Part shown: piece after piece, positions 18,100 to 28,390 of the stretch
How positions within the stretch are numbered: the first letter of the stretch is position 1
How the letters are laid out: each line of letters opens with the position of its first letter
Virus record (IMG/VR): IMGVR_UViG_3300027759_000043
Source of the DNA: a virus
Lineage: Duplodnaviria; Caudoviricetes
Reading direction: 5' to 3' (one strand)
Length of the DNA stretch: 64,000 bases
Program-made: the position numbers and the translations under genes
Notes under the pieces: generated by a model
What the model saw: only the letters and a program-made list of their open reading frames with translations
Database searches by the model: none
Told to the model about the DNA's origin: nothing

Positions 18100-18161
18100 A
18101 GTGATATTTAAGAAAACCGTCATGTTGGCTAAAATAAACCAATTGTCCATAAATACTAGTC

Positions 18162-18239
18162 AACGCAATTCTGCGTTTTATGCGGCGATTAATACCCACC
18201 GCGTAGCGGCTAGAACCCGCATGGGGCTTCTTTAAGGAG
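18162..18239 (+). promoter_or_regulatory. Structured 5' leader (candidate cis-regulatory RNA)
   Basis: Stems AACGCA/TGCGTT, ATGCGG/CCGCAT, CCGC-GTA-GCGG, and CTTCT-TTA-AGGAG covering the SD; follows TAAATA at 18150-18155. Confidence 0.55.
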
Positions 18240-18246
18240 AAATCAA

Positions 18247-19074
18247 ATGGGAAGAGCACTTAAAATTCAAAAAAACAACGTTGGTTCTGGATCTACTGTA
18301 ACCGGTACACCTCCAGTAACAACATACAACCAAACCATCTTAACTGATGCTGGTTTTCCAAACTTTGGTAGTTTGACCTCACCGGCAACTCCATATAACT
18401 CAGCCGACACACTCAATTCAGATCAGTTTGTGGGCGTGGTTGGTGGTTCACCCGCTACTAGTACTCCTAGTGCTACGTTTCCTGAAGTGTTGGCAGCAGT
18501 CAATATCAGTTTAGCAGATGGCACAAGCACCACTGCCGGCGCTGGACGTTTGATCCGCCAGAAAGGTGCGCACAAGTTCTTGGTTGCTTACACAGCCAGT
18601 ACCACTGCTGACGAAAGTTTAATTATTGGTCAAGCATATCAAATTGCTGTACTTGGCACAACTGACTGGCAGGCTTGCGGTGGTGGTGCTGATTCGGCAG
18701 TTGGTGATATATTTACGGCTGTAGCAGTTGGATCAGGAACAGGTACTGCGTACCCAGTTGGTCAATGTGTGTTGTCAAACACAGGCTCACCAACAGCCGG
18801 TAACATGAGTATTGAATATTCAGTAGGCGACTCGGCCGCTGTGTATGCCAGTTACATCACTAACAAGTGGATCCGTGACTGGAACGGCATGACTTATGGC
18901 AACTACAGCAACAGCAATGATGGCGAAAACATTTACTCAAGTGAAAACTTCTATGTAACCAACTTCTTCACAGACGAAGGCACAGTCACATGGTCCGGTG
19001 CAGAGATCATCAACGGTGTAGACGCAAACAACGGTTCATTACAGTTGGCTCAAGTGGTCAACGTTACAAGTTAA
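18247..19074 (+). CDS. Putative virion structural protein
   Basis: Strong AAGGAG SD, own late promoter and terminator, G/S/T/A-rich beta-type composition. Confidence 0.7.
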   Translation: MGRALKIQKNNVGSGSTVTGTPPVTTYNQTILTDAGFPNFGSLTSPATPYNSADTLNSDQFVGVVGGSPATSTPSATFPEVLAAVNISLADGTSTTAGAGRLIRQKGAHKFLVAYTASTTADESLIIGQAYQIAVLGTTDWQACGGGADSAVGDIFTAVAVGSGTGTAYPVGQCVLSNTGSPTAGNMSIEYSVGDSAAVYASYITNKWIRDWNGMTYGNYSNSNDGENIYSSENFYVTNFFTDEGTVTWSGAEIINGVDANNGSLQLAQVVNVTS

Positions 19075-19090
19075 TTTGTAACACCCTAAC

Positions 19091-19122
19091 ATCCCCCTTG
19101 CTAACTACAAGGGGGATTTTTT
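19091..19122 (+). terminator. Rho-independent terminator
   Basis: ATCCCCCTTG-CTAACTA-CAAGGGGGAT 10-bp stem followed by a T-tract. Confidence 0.88.
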
Positions 19123-19710
19123 ATGACTAGAGCATTTGTGTGTGGCAATGGCATTAGCCGGCAAGCAGTAGATTTAATTCAATTAAAAACATTAGGCAAG
19201 ATATACGGCTGTAACGGACTCTACAGAGATTTTGAGCCCGACTGTCTCGTGGCCACAGACAAACCCATTGCTGAAAGTATACAAAAGTCTGGGTACAGTG
19301 CCACACATAGATTTCATACCCGCAAACCCATACACAAATTAGGTGCCTTACCTGTGCCCAAAAAGTATCACAGCAACAGTTCAGGGCCTATTGCTGTTGC
19401 TCTTGCAGCCTTGGACCAGCATCAAACTGTGTATATGTTGGGCTTTGACATGGGGCCTACTGTGAATCAAAAGTTCAATAATGTGTATGCTGGCACAGAT
19501 TTTTACAAAAAACAAGATGCCGCGCCCACATACACCGGCAATTGGGTAAAACAATTGTGTACTATTGTACGGGATTTCCCTCATATAACATTCGTACGAG
19601 TGTGTGGAGCAACCACAGCAGACATCCGAGAACTAAAAGTCTTTAACAATCTCCTACACATACCCATGCAGATGTTTCAAGATCGTGTGTCAACGGGTCA
19701 AGATCTCTAG
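19123..19710 (+). CDS. Hypothetical protein (MptE/DUF115 or GT29-like Rossmann fold)
   Basis: AFVCGNGISR, YGCNGLYRDFEPDCLVATD, SSGPIAV, YMLGFD pattern. Confidence 0.55.
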   Translation: MTRAFVCGNGISRQAVDLIQLKTLGKIYGCNGLYRDFEPDCLVATDKPIAESIQKSGYSATHRFHTRKPIHKLGALPVPKKYHSNSSGPIAVALAALDQHQTVYMLGFDMGPTVNQKFNNVYAGTDFYKKQDAAPTYTGNWVKQLCTIVRDFPHITFVRVCGATTADIRELKVFNNLLHIPMQMFQDRVSTGQDL

Positions 19711-19769
19711 CACCTGCTCAATCTCGGAGTATATTTGATTGCGGTAAATACAATCAGAGACTCTAATTT

Positions 19770-22700
19770 ATGACACAGTATATCATTGACATTGGTGCTT
19801 ACCCAGATGATGGGCAGGGCAGTCCGTTACGTACAGCATTTGACTATACCAATGAAAACTTCAATCAGATTTTTGCCGCAGGGCCAGTGCTCAGCAACAT
19901 TCAAATTGGTAATAATACTATTACCACCACAGTTCTCAACAGCAATTTAATCTTAAGTCCATCAGGAATTGGACGTGTACAATTCAACAATACTTTATTT
20001 CCTAGGCTTGACAATGTTTACGACATTGGTACTCCTAGTTTGCGTTTTAACTCCATCTATTTGGGCACCGGTGGTATTAATACCACTGGAGGTATAACAA
20101 CCACAGGCAATATTACTGCTGGGTATTTTATTGGTAACGGCAGTCAACTCACTGGCATTGTGGCCACAACTGGTAGTCAAGTTACAAATGGTAACAGCAA
20201 TATTAATATACCTGCCGCTGGATCAAACATCTTTGTCACTGTTAACGGTACCAGCAATGTTGTAACATTTGCCAACACCGGAGCATATGTTGCCGGCACA
20301 GTTAGTGCCACCGGCAATATCGCTGGCAATTATATTTTAGGTAATGGTGCATTACTAACTGGTATCAACATTGGTTATGGTAACAGCAATGTAGCAGACT
20401 TTTTGCCTACATATACTGGTAACCTAGTTAGCCTAACCGGTCCGGTCACAACCACAGCCAATGTAACCGGTGGAAATTTAAGAACAGCAGGACAGATATC
20501 AGCCACTGGTAATATCACTGGCGGTAACATTAACACCGGTAGATTAAACGCAGGTTACATCACCACAGGTACTACCATAAGTGCTGTGGGCAATATTGCC
20601 ACCAGTAGTTACTTTATTGGTGATGGTAGTTTACTCACAGGTATAAATGCCAATTATGGCAACGCCAACGTGGCGGCTTTCTTGCCCACATACACTGGTA
20701 ATCTAGTCAGCCTGACAGGACCAGTAACAACCACTGCCAACGTAACAGGTGGTAATTTAAGAACATCGGGCACAATACTGGCCTCAGGTAATATCACTGC
20801 GGCCAACCTTGACACAGGTAGAGTCAATGCGGCCAACATCACTGCAAGTGGATTGATATCAGCAGTGGCCAACATCACTACCAGTGCATACTTTATTGGT
20901 GATGGTAGTCAACTTACAAACTTGCCAGCCGGTAATTACAGCAATGCCAACGTGGCGGCTTTCTTGCCCACATACACCGGTAACCTAGTCAGTCTGACAG
21001 GCCCAGTAACAACCACTTCTAACATCACCGGTGGTAATTTACGCACCGCAGGTCAAATATCAGCCACAGGTAACATTACAGGTGGCAATGTTGATACTGG
21101 CAGAGTCAATGCAAACACAGTCACAGTTGCATCAACTATTTCTGCAGCCGGTAATATAACAGGTAACAATTTAATTGGAACAACTGTCACGGCCACAACT
21201 GTCACAGCCATTGCCAATATAGTTGGGGGTAATATCACAACCAGTGGTCAAGTATCAGCAACAGGCAATATACAAGGTGGTAATGTCAATGCACCTGGTG
21301 GTACAATAACATCTAACATTGTCAGTGCTACTGGAAAGGTACAAGGCGGCAATTTTGTTACTACCGGATTTATTACGGCCACTGGTAATATTACTGGCGG
21401 TAACGTGGATACTGGCAATATACATGCGGCCAATATCAACGTTGACAGTATTATTTCTGCTGTAGGCAATGTCTATGGCAATAATCTTATTGGTTCTTCG
21501 ATATCAGTAACTGGCAATCTATCTGCAGGCAATGTTTCTATTTCGGGAACATTTGGCGCCGCGTCTCTCAGTGCTACGGGTAATATCACAGGTGGAAATC
21601 TACTCACAGCCGGTAATGTCTTAGGCAGTTATTTTATTGGTAACGGCTCGCAATTAACTGGTATTACAGTCAGTGCTGGTACTTCGATCTTAAACGGAAA
21701 CAGCAATGTTGTTGTGGCCGCTAACGGCAACGTTACAATAAGTTCAGCAGGCGTAAGCAACATTGCATCTTTTGCCAATACTGGCGCCTATATCATTGGC
21801 GAGGTAAGTGCAACAGGTAACGTTACCGGTAGTTATTTGTTGGGTAATGGTGCATTCATTACCGGACTGCCAGCAGGCTACAGCAATGCTGATGTGGCCA
21901 ATTACTTGCCAACTTATACTGGTAACTTGGTCAGCCTAACCGGACCTGTAATAACAACGGCTAACATATCCGGCAACTATTTTGTTGGTAACGGCTCATT
22001 ATTAACTGGAGTCTCTGCGTCAGATGTAAATGCTAATGCATTAACTGGTAACACACTAAGTTCAAATGTCTTGTACTCAAGCCTGACTCAGGTTGGTAAT
22101 TTAGCCAACTTGAGCGTAACCGGTAATGCCACCGGCGGCAATGTACTAACAGGTGGTGTAATCTCAGCAACCGGCAATGTAACTGGTAATTATATTCTTG
22201 GTAATGGTGCATTACTAACTGGTGTTATTACAAGTGTGGCTAATATCAACAATGGCACAAGTAATGTTACAGTAGTAAGTTCGGGCGGCAATGTCACAGT
22301 TGGTGTTGGTGGAACATCAAATGTAGCAGTGTTTGCTACCACAGGGGAATACATCACAGGGTTGTTAAGTGCAAGTGGTAATATCACAGGCAGTAACATC
22401 TTAACTAGTGGATTGATTAGTTCAACTGGTACAGTCACTGGTTCCAGTTTGTTAGGATCTGTAGCATCTTTAAGTGGCAATATCACAGGTGGTAATGTCT
22501 TAACTGGTGGAGTTGTTTCGGCAACCGGTAACATTTCTGGCAACTACTTTATTGGTAATGGCAGTCAGTTAACAGGTGTTACAGCATCTAGTGTAAACGC
22601 CAATGCATTAACTGGTAACACACTGAGTTCAAATGTTTTATATTCAAGTCTAACCCAAGTTGGAACACTGGCCAACTTAACAGTAACAGGAAATACAACT

Positions 22701-25700
22701 GGCGGCAATCTACTAACAGGTGGCTTAATTAGCGCCGCTGGTAATATTTCAGGCAACAATGTTTTTGCTACGGGATTTGCAAGCGTCACAGGTAATGTAA
22801 TTGCTGGAAACGTAAACACCAGTAATATTCGTCCCACAAGCGGCGAACTAACAATCACCACAGCCTCAGGTAATTTGAATTTACAACCTGCTGGCAACAT
22901 TGTGTTGGCCAACACGTTTATTAATAGTGTAGCATATCCAGCACAAGATACTGACGCCGCAACAAAATTGTATGTTGACAACATGGTGTCGTCAGCATTG
23001 TCATTCCATTCACCGGTGTATGCAGCCACCACAACCACACTAGCAGTGGCCACAAGTGGTACAATCAGTTACACACAACCCAATGGTGTTAGCAATGGTG
23101 TTGGCGCATATTTGAGTACTACTGGTTCATTTAATCTAATTGACACAGCCAATGTGCAAACAGCAGGCACACGTATTCTTGTCAAGAACGAAGGTAATGC
23201 GGTATACAATGGTGTGTATACTTGGAGCAATGCCACTGTTATAGTTCGTTCAACTGATGCAGACGAATATGGCCCAGATAGTGCTAATCAACTGAGTCTA
23301 AACGATTACTTCTTTACCACAAACGGTAACGTTAATGCTGGTTCAGCATTTGTAGTTAACGCACCTACAGGTACTATTACGTTTGGCACAAGCAATATTA
23401 CTTTTGCCTTGTTTAGTCAAACAACAGCCTACACGGCCAATGTGGATGCTGGTCTAAGCCTAATAGGTACACAGTTTAATGCCAAGGTAGACAACAACAC
23501 CACTGCATTTGATGTCACTGGTAACATCATTGTCAAAGCAGGCGCTAATCTAACCACACCCAACATTGGTGCCGCAACAGGTACAAGTTTAAGTTTAATA
23601 GGCAACATCAACAGTGGAAATGTCAACACAAGCGGCCTGGTAAGTGCCACTGGTAATGTCACTGGCGGAAACGTACTCACGTCAGGGTTACTCAGCGCAA
23701 CCGGCAATGCTACACTTGGTAATGTGCTAACTGCTGGTGTAGTCTCGGCAACTGGTAACATTTCTGGTAATTTCTTTATTGGTAACGGTAGTCAACTCAC
23801 TGGAGTTATTGCATCCGGCGGTCAAGGTAACACAATCACTTTGGGAACCCCCACAGATGGTAGCCTAACAGTCAACGTTGCATATCCTGGGTGGACCACA
23901 GCAACTTTTGTTACAGATGGCTTAGATGATCTAAATCAAGTGTCATTAAACATTGCCAACAGCACATACGTGGGCAATGCTTACATCACTGCCAATGTTT
24001 ATTCTGGACCCAGTCCATTAACGGTGGCATTCACCAGTTATTATATTGGTAATCCTAACAGTTTCTTGTGGCAATTTGGTGATGGTACAGCCAATGTTAC
24101 CACAGCCAATGCCACTCACACATTTAGTAATGCTTCGGGCGGAACTTACACAGTAACCTTCACTGCCTTCAATACCAATGGAACCTATAACGGCAATGCA
24201 GCCAATGGTGCCAAAGGTTCTACCAGTACCGCCAACATTTCGAACATTGTGTTGTACACTCCAAGTCCAATACCATCATTTACTCTGAGTAGCAACAGTT
24301 TCAATACTGGCAACACTATAACCATAACCAACACCAGTCAGTATGTGACTTGGTATGATTTGAGTTTTGGCGACGGTACTGCTAACTTTACTGCCGGACC
24401 TGGGTTAGGCAATACATCGTTTACCAATGTGACTCATCAGTACAATTCTGTTTCAGCCAACGCAGACAGTTTGTACAGCGTGATCCTGAGTGGTACTAGT
24501 AACACAGCCGGACCCAGCAACGTCACTGTTGTATCATCAGCCAGCAACGTCAAAGTTTACTCGCCACAAACAGGCAATGTGTTTGTCACTGCCAATCGAG
24601 CCAACGTGATCAATGGACTTGGTGGCATAAGTTTCCGTAATGATTCAAATGGTACTCCTGGAAACACAGCCAGTTTTGGCGCACAACAATTGTACAACTT
24701 CAATTATGGTGATGGTAATGTTGGTAACGTTAACGTGGGAACAGGTATTGCAGGTAACCCAAGTGCCGCCAACGTCACCAACACATTTGCACTGAGTGCT
24801 GCCAACCAGGCTGCTAATGCATATCAACAGTTCACGGCCAACTTGTTCTTGTACACTGGCTACAGTACCAGCCCGGCCAAGAGTGGTAACATCACCATCA
24901 CTGTTGAACCACAGACTCGTGCCAACTATATTGGAACCACAGCCAACGTCATAACAGATGCCACAGCCAACACAGGCAATGCCCGAGTTGGATATCTGTA
25001 TACCGACTATAACAATTCCAATCGTTCTACCTTTACATTCCAGAATACCAGCCAAAACAGCAATTTGGCCAACTGGTCCTGGGGTGACAGCACATTTAGC
25101 AATGGTGTGTCAAATGTGGCCAACACCCTTCATACCTACAACAGCACTGGTGCGTTTACTGTGGCGCTCACAGCCAATGGTACACCTAACGGTATAACTA
25201 GCACAGCACAAAGCAATACATTGACTACCACTGGATATATTTTTATTGCCAGCAACCCCACAGCACCCACAAACCTCAGTGGCTTCTCTAACTTGGCTAT
25301 TGCTAACACTAGTGAAGGAACCAGTCCTTTGTTGGCAGCCGGCGCAAGAGATGCATCAGGTGGCAACATTGTGGCCAACGGTGTAAGTGTCACACGCTTT
25401 GCAACCACAACAACTATTGCTACCGCAGCCAATATTATAAACGCCAATACAGGAATAAGTTCAAGTCAGTTGACGGCCAACTTGTTTGCCTATGTCAACA
25501 ATGCCAATGCCGGTAATGTGACATTCAGCAATGTGAGTAACACAGTTGGAACATCAGGAGCATTGGTTGTAACACAAGATCGAGATTTGCACGTGGCCAA
25601 TGCCGCGGTGCCCAGTTATTTCTACAAAGTATTCAATGCCAACATTGCTTGTGCTTTGAGTAGTTTGGGCACTGGTTACAACAACTACAAATTGGTAGAC

Positions 25701-26912
25701 TCAGTAACAGGCAACACTAACTATGTGGGATTTGTCAAAGACAATTTGAATTCGGCACCTAGTATTGTTACCGCCAATACCGCAATGGTCGAAGCCACTG
25801 CAGGAACCTACAGATACATTTCGGGTATTCCTTACTACAACACAGGATCGCCCACAATTACCATTGCCAATTTGGAAGTGGCAAACTTGTCTGGACAGAC
25901 ATTTAGAAGTGCTGATCCTTTTATTTTAGCCAGTGGAACAGTGTCAGAAGGATCAGGAGCATTGGTATCTGCAACACAAACCAAAGCACTCAGCACAATC
26001 AACAATGCCGCCAACAGTTTTTTAACAGGTTCAAACTTGAATGCCAATGTGGGCATTGGTTCAAATTACACACTTGGCAACATGACCGCCAACTTAACAG
26101 GTGCCAACAACGTAGTGGCTACGTTGCAGGCCAACATATTCAACGTGATAGGAACCAGTACCACAGTGCAATTGCCTGCTAACATACAGATGTATGCTGG
26201 TGCAAACTCTGGCATAAACGAACAGTCAATCACTTGCACACCCACTGCCAACACACAAGCAGCCATACGTATTGTGATGAGTACCGCAGGCAATACTCCT
26301 GTGTTTGCCAACAGCATAAACTACTATACATCTAATGCTTGGTCTGGAGCACAAACCATTGCTAACACGCCTGAAGCAGTTGTGCGGTATGGGGTACTCC
26401 AACGATATGCAGTTGATTTGTCAACAGGATATTTGCCAGTAGGACCAAACTTGTCAATTGGTGGAAATCGCACCACCACACAGTACTTTACTTTTGCGTT
26501 TGCAAGACCAAGTTTAGCAAACTTTGACATCAGACTGACCACAACCACAGGTGTTGCAGGTGTTTGGGTGGCAGCACCAGGAACCACAATTGATTCCGGC
26601 GGATTCTCATCGCCCACACCGGGATTCCCAGGCCCTACTAGTACCATTAACGGATGGCTGGAAGCATCTACACAGTATGCCGGAGCAGGGGTTCCTGGTG
26701 CTGCCAGCGGTACTGGTGGCAACGGTTCAAACGGATGTGCATTAACCGGTGCGGATGTGATACCGTTAAATACAGCAATAGCCAACGTAGGATACACAAT
26801 GACCTTGGGAGGACAAAACGCTGCCAATAGTACTGGGACTAACATTTTAATTAGAATTGCATTGGCTTCTGGACAGTCCATTACAGCCTTGTCGATAGGA
26901 GTAGCAACTTAA
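19770..26912 (+). CDS. Giant tail fibre / baseplate-attached adhesin (2380 aa) with PKD-like domains
   Basis: N-terminal IDIGAYPDDGQGSPLRTAF baseplate-attachment motif; SATGNITGGN repeats; WQFGDG, SFGDG, NYGDG, SWGDS PKD-like motifs at ~24000-25200. Confidence 0.85.
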   Translation: MTQYIIDIGAYPDDGQGSPLRTAFDYTNENFNQIFAAGPVLSNIQIGNNTITTTVLNSNLILSPSGIGRVQFNNTLFPRLDNVYDIGTPSLRFNSIYLGTGGINTTGGITTTGNITAGYFIGNGSQLTGIVATTGSQVTNGNSNINIPAAGSNIFVTVNGTSNVVTFANTGAYVAGTVSATGNIAGNYILGNGALLTGINIGYGNSNVADFLPTYTGNLVSLTGPVTTTANVTGGNLRTAGQISATGNITGGNINTGRLNAGYITTGTTISAVGNIATSSYFIGDGSLLTGINANYGNANVAAFLPTYTGNLVSLTGPVTTTANVTGGNLRTSGTILASGNITAANLDTGRVNAANITASGLISAVANITTSAYFIGDGSQLTNLPAGNYSNANVAAFLPTYTGNLVSLTGPVTTTSNITGGNLRTAGQISATGNITGGNVDTGRVNANTVTVASTISAAGNITGNNLIGTTVTATTVTAIANIVGGNITTSGQVSATGNIQGGNVNAPGGTITSNIVSATGKVQGGNFVTTGFITATGNITGGNVDTGNIHAANINVDSIISAVGNVYGNNLIGSSISVTGNLSAGNVSISGTFGAASLSATGNITGGNLLTAGNVLGSYFIGNGSQLTGITVSAGTSILNGNSNVVVAANGNVTISSAGVSNIASFANTGAYIIGEVSATGNVTGSYLLGNGAFITGLPAGYSNADVANYLPTYTGNLVSLTGPVITTANISGNYFVGNGSLLTGVSASDVNANALTGNTLSSNVLYSSLTQVGNLANLSVTGNATGGNVLTGGVISATGNVTGNYILGNGALLTGVITSVANINNGTSNVTVVSSGGNVTVGVGGTSNVAVFATTGEYITGLLSASGNITGSNILTSGLISSTGTVTGSSLLGSVASLSGNITGGNVLTGGVVSATGNISGNYFIGNGSQLTGVTASSVNANALTGNTLSSNVLYSSLTQVGTLANLTVTGNTTGGNLLTGGLISAAGNISGNNVFATGFASVTGNVIAGNVNTSNIRPTSGELTITTASGNLNLQPAGNIVLANTFINSVAYPAQDTDAATKLYVDNMVSSALSFHSPVYAATTTTLAVATSGTISYTQPNGVSNGVGAYLSTTGSFNLIDTANVQTAGTRILVKNEGNAVYNGVYTWSNATVIVRSTDADEYGPDSANQLSLNDYFFTTNGNVNAGSAFVVNAPTGTITFGTSNITFALFSQTTAYTANVDAGLSLIGTQFNAKVDNNTTAFDVTGNIIVKAGANLTTPNIGAATGTSLSLIGNINSGNVNTSGLVSATGNVTGGNVLTSGLLSATGNATLGNVLTAGVVSATGNISGNFFIGNGSQLTGVIASGGQGNTITLGTPTDGSLTVNVAYPGWTTATFVTDGLDDLNQVSLNIANSTYVGNAYITANVYSGPSPLTVAFTSYYIGNPNSFLWQFGDGTANVTTANATHTFSNASGGTYTVTFTAFNTNGTYNGNAANGAKGSTSTANISNIVLYTPSPIPSFTLSSNSFNTGNTITITNTSQYVTWYDLSFGDGTANFTAGPGLGNTSFTNVTHQYNSVSANADSLYSVILSGTSNTAGPSNVTVVSSASNVKVYSPQTGNVFVTANRANVINGLGGISFRNDSNGTPGNTASFGAQQLYNFNYGDGNVGNVNVGTGIAGNPSAANVTNTFALSAANQAANAYQQFTANLFLYTGYSTSPAKSGNITITVEPQTRANYIGTTANVITDATANTGNARVGYLYTDYNNSNRSTFTFQNTSQNSNLANWSWGDSTFSNGVSNVANTLHTYNSTGAFTVALTANGTPNGITSTAQSNTLTTTGYIFIASNPTAPTNLSGFSNLAIANTSEGTSPLLAAGARDASGGNIVANGVSVTRFATTTTIATAANIINANTGISSSQLTANLFAYVNNANAGNVTFSNVSNTVGTSGALVVTQDRDLHVANAAVPSYFYKVFNANIACALSSLGTGYNNYKLVDSVTGNTNYVGFVKDNLNSAPSIVTANTAMVEATAGTYRYISGIPYYNTGSPTITIANLEVANLSGQTFRSADPFILASGTVSEGSGALVSATQTKALSTINNAANSFLTGSNLNANVGIGSNYTLGNMTANLTGANNVVATLQANIFNVIGTSTTVQLPANIQMYAGANSGINEQSITCTPTANTQAAIRIVMSTAGNTPVFANSINYYTSNAWSGAQTIANTPEAVVRYGVLQRYAVDLSTGYLPVGPNLSIGGNRTTTQYFTFAFARPSLANFDIRLTTTTGVAGVWVAAPGTTIDSGGFSSPTPGFPGPTSTINGWLEASTQYAGAGVPGAASGTGGNGSNGCALTGADVIPLNTAIANVGYTMTLGGQNAANSTGTNILIRIALASGQSITALSIGVAT
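20380..21990 (+). repeat. Four copies of the NVAxFLPTYTGNLVSLTGPVxTT module in the 2380-aa fibre
   Basis: Copies near 20385, 20665, 20945, 21885; copies 2 and 3 nearly identical at DNA level (gtggcggctttcttgcccacatacac). Confidence 0.9.
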
Positions 26913-28390
26913 TGGCCGCCTCGTTTAACGAATCACAAAAGATTGATTATCTTTGGAAAAAGGTCGGCTATGGCGTGACCAAAACAGCCGAGCCTGAATC
27001 CAAGCAAGCCTTCAACGAAACCATACCCAGTCCACTGCTGTATCGTGGCGATCTCATTTGGACACAGAGTGGAAGCATACCTGCTTCGCCTCCGGCTAAT
27101 ACCACATCATTGGTACAGGTATACAAAGATGGTGGCGGCGCTGGATACAGTCCTGCTGTACAATGTACCGAAGACCTAACAGCACCTGACAATCAAACCT
27201 GGAAGACAAACTCAATCAACTGGATTCCTACACAGTTTGGCGACAACTACCTGGTACAAGTGTATGCTGGTGCCGCAAACATAAGCAATCCTCAGACAGC
27301 AGGTACCAAGTTATTTGGTGCCGGTTCTGGCAGCGATGACACCTGGTTCTTTGATTACCAGTCTGGTGTTCTAAACTTTAATGGCGCAACCATACCAACT
27401 GCTATTGGTACAGGAACAGCCAACGTAATTTATATTGTGGGTTACAGATACGTTGGTGAGTTTGGAGTAGACACCACATTCATCAGCAATGGCACAAGTA
27501 ATGTGAACATCGCCACCGCCAATGGCAATATTACCATGGGTGTGAACGGCACAGGCAATGTGATAGTTGTGGCCAACACAGGTGCATACATTACCGGGGC
27601 GATGAGTGCCAGTGGTAACATCACTGGTGGCAACATACTTTCAAACAATTACTATTACGCCAATGGCACACCAGTTCCTCCGGGCATTGTATACACAGCC
27701 AATACCGCACCTCCTGTGAGTCCAGCACCCAAAGTAACTGATCAGTGGTATGATACCGCCAATGATGTTCTATACGAATACCTTTATGATGGCACAAGTA
27801 ATTACTGGATCGATACTACCAGTCCTGCCTTTGCCGGCGGAGTGGTCGCCAATGTGGCAATTTCTGGTACATTGTTGCCAGTTGCCAATGTCAGTTATGA
27901 TGTGGGAAATAGCACTGCATATTTCCGCAACACCTACACACAAAATCTCTACACCAACAACAGACTGCCTGCATACAACATGCCTTTGGGCGCTGTGGTG
28001 CAAACGGTAATGAGTTCAAGTCTGGGTGGTAGTACAACTAACAGTACATCTTATGCTGATATCAGTTATGCCAACGTGATAATTACACCATCTAGTGCAA
28101 CCAGTAAAATTCTTGTTATAGCCACAGGCACAAGTGGTTTCACTTCGGTAGTAGGACAAGACATTAGTGCTGACACTCAGTTAGTTAGATCACCTAGCAC
28201 CAGTTTACAGATACAAACAGTTGGCGCAACAGGGGTTGGCGCAACAGGGGCGGTGAGTTACAGTTATATGGATTCACCAGGAACCACAAGTCCTGTGACC
28301 TACAAACTACAGCAAAAGGTATCTAACGCCAGCAGTACACTGACCAGCACAAATATTTGGTTGATAGTGCAGGAGATTGCCGCATCATGA
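26912..28390 (+). CDS. Fibre-associated structural protein (492 aa)
   Basis: TAATG-coupled to the upstream gene; shares the ANGTPVPPGI...DQWY...YLYDGTSNYW module with 29124-35423; C-terminal beta-sandwich-like domain. Confidence 0.8.
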   Translation: MAASFNESQKIDYLWKKVGYGVTKTAEPESKQAFNETIPSPLLYRGDLIWTQSGSIPASPPANTTSLVQVYKDGGGAGYSPAVQCTEDLTAPDNQTWKTNSINWIPTQFGDNYLVQVYAGAANISNPQTAGTKLFGAGSGSDDTWFFDYQSGVLNFNGATIPTAIGTGTANVIYIVGYRYVGEFGVDTTFISNGTSNVNIATANGNITMGVNGTGNVIVVANTGAYITGAMSASGNITGGNILSNNYYYANGTPVPPGIVYTANTAPPVSPAPKVTDQWYDTANDVLYEYLYDGTSNYWIDTTSPAFAGGVVANVAISGTLLPVANVSYDVGNSTAYFRNTYTQNLYTNNRLPAYNMPLGAVVQTVMSSSLGGSTTNSTSYADISYANVIITPSSATSKILVIATGTSGFTSVVGQDISADTQLVRSPSTSLQIQTVGATGVGATGAVSYSYMDSPGTTSPVTYKLQQKVSNASSTLTSTNIWLIVQEIAAS

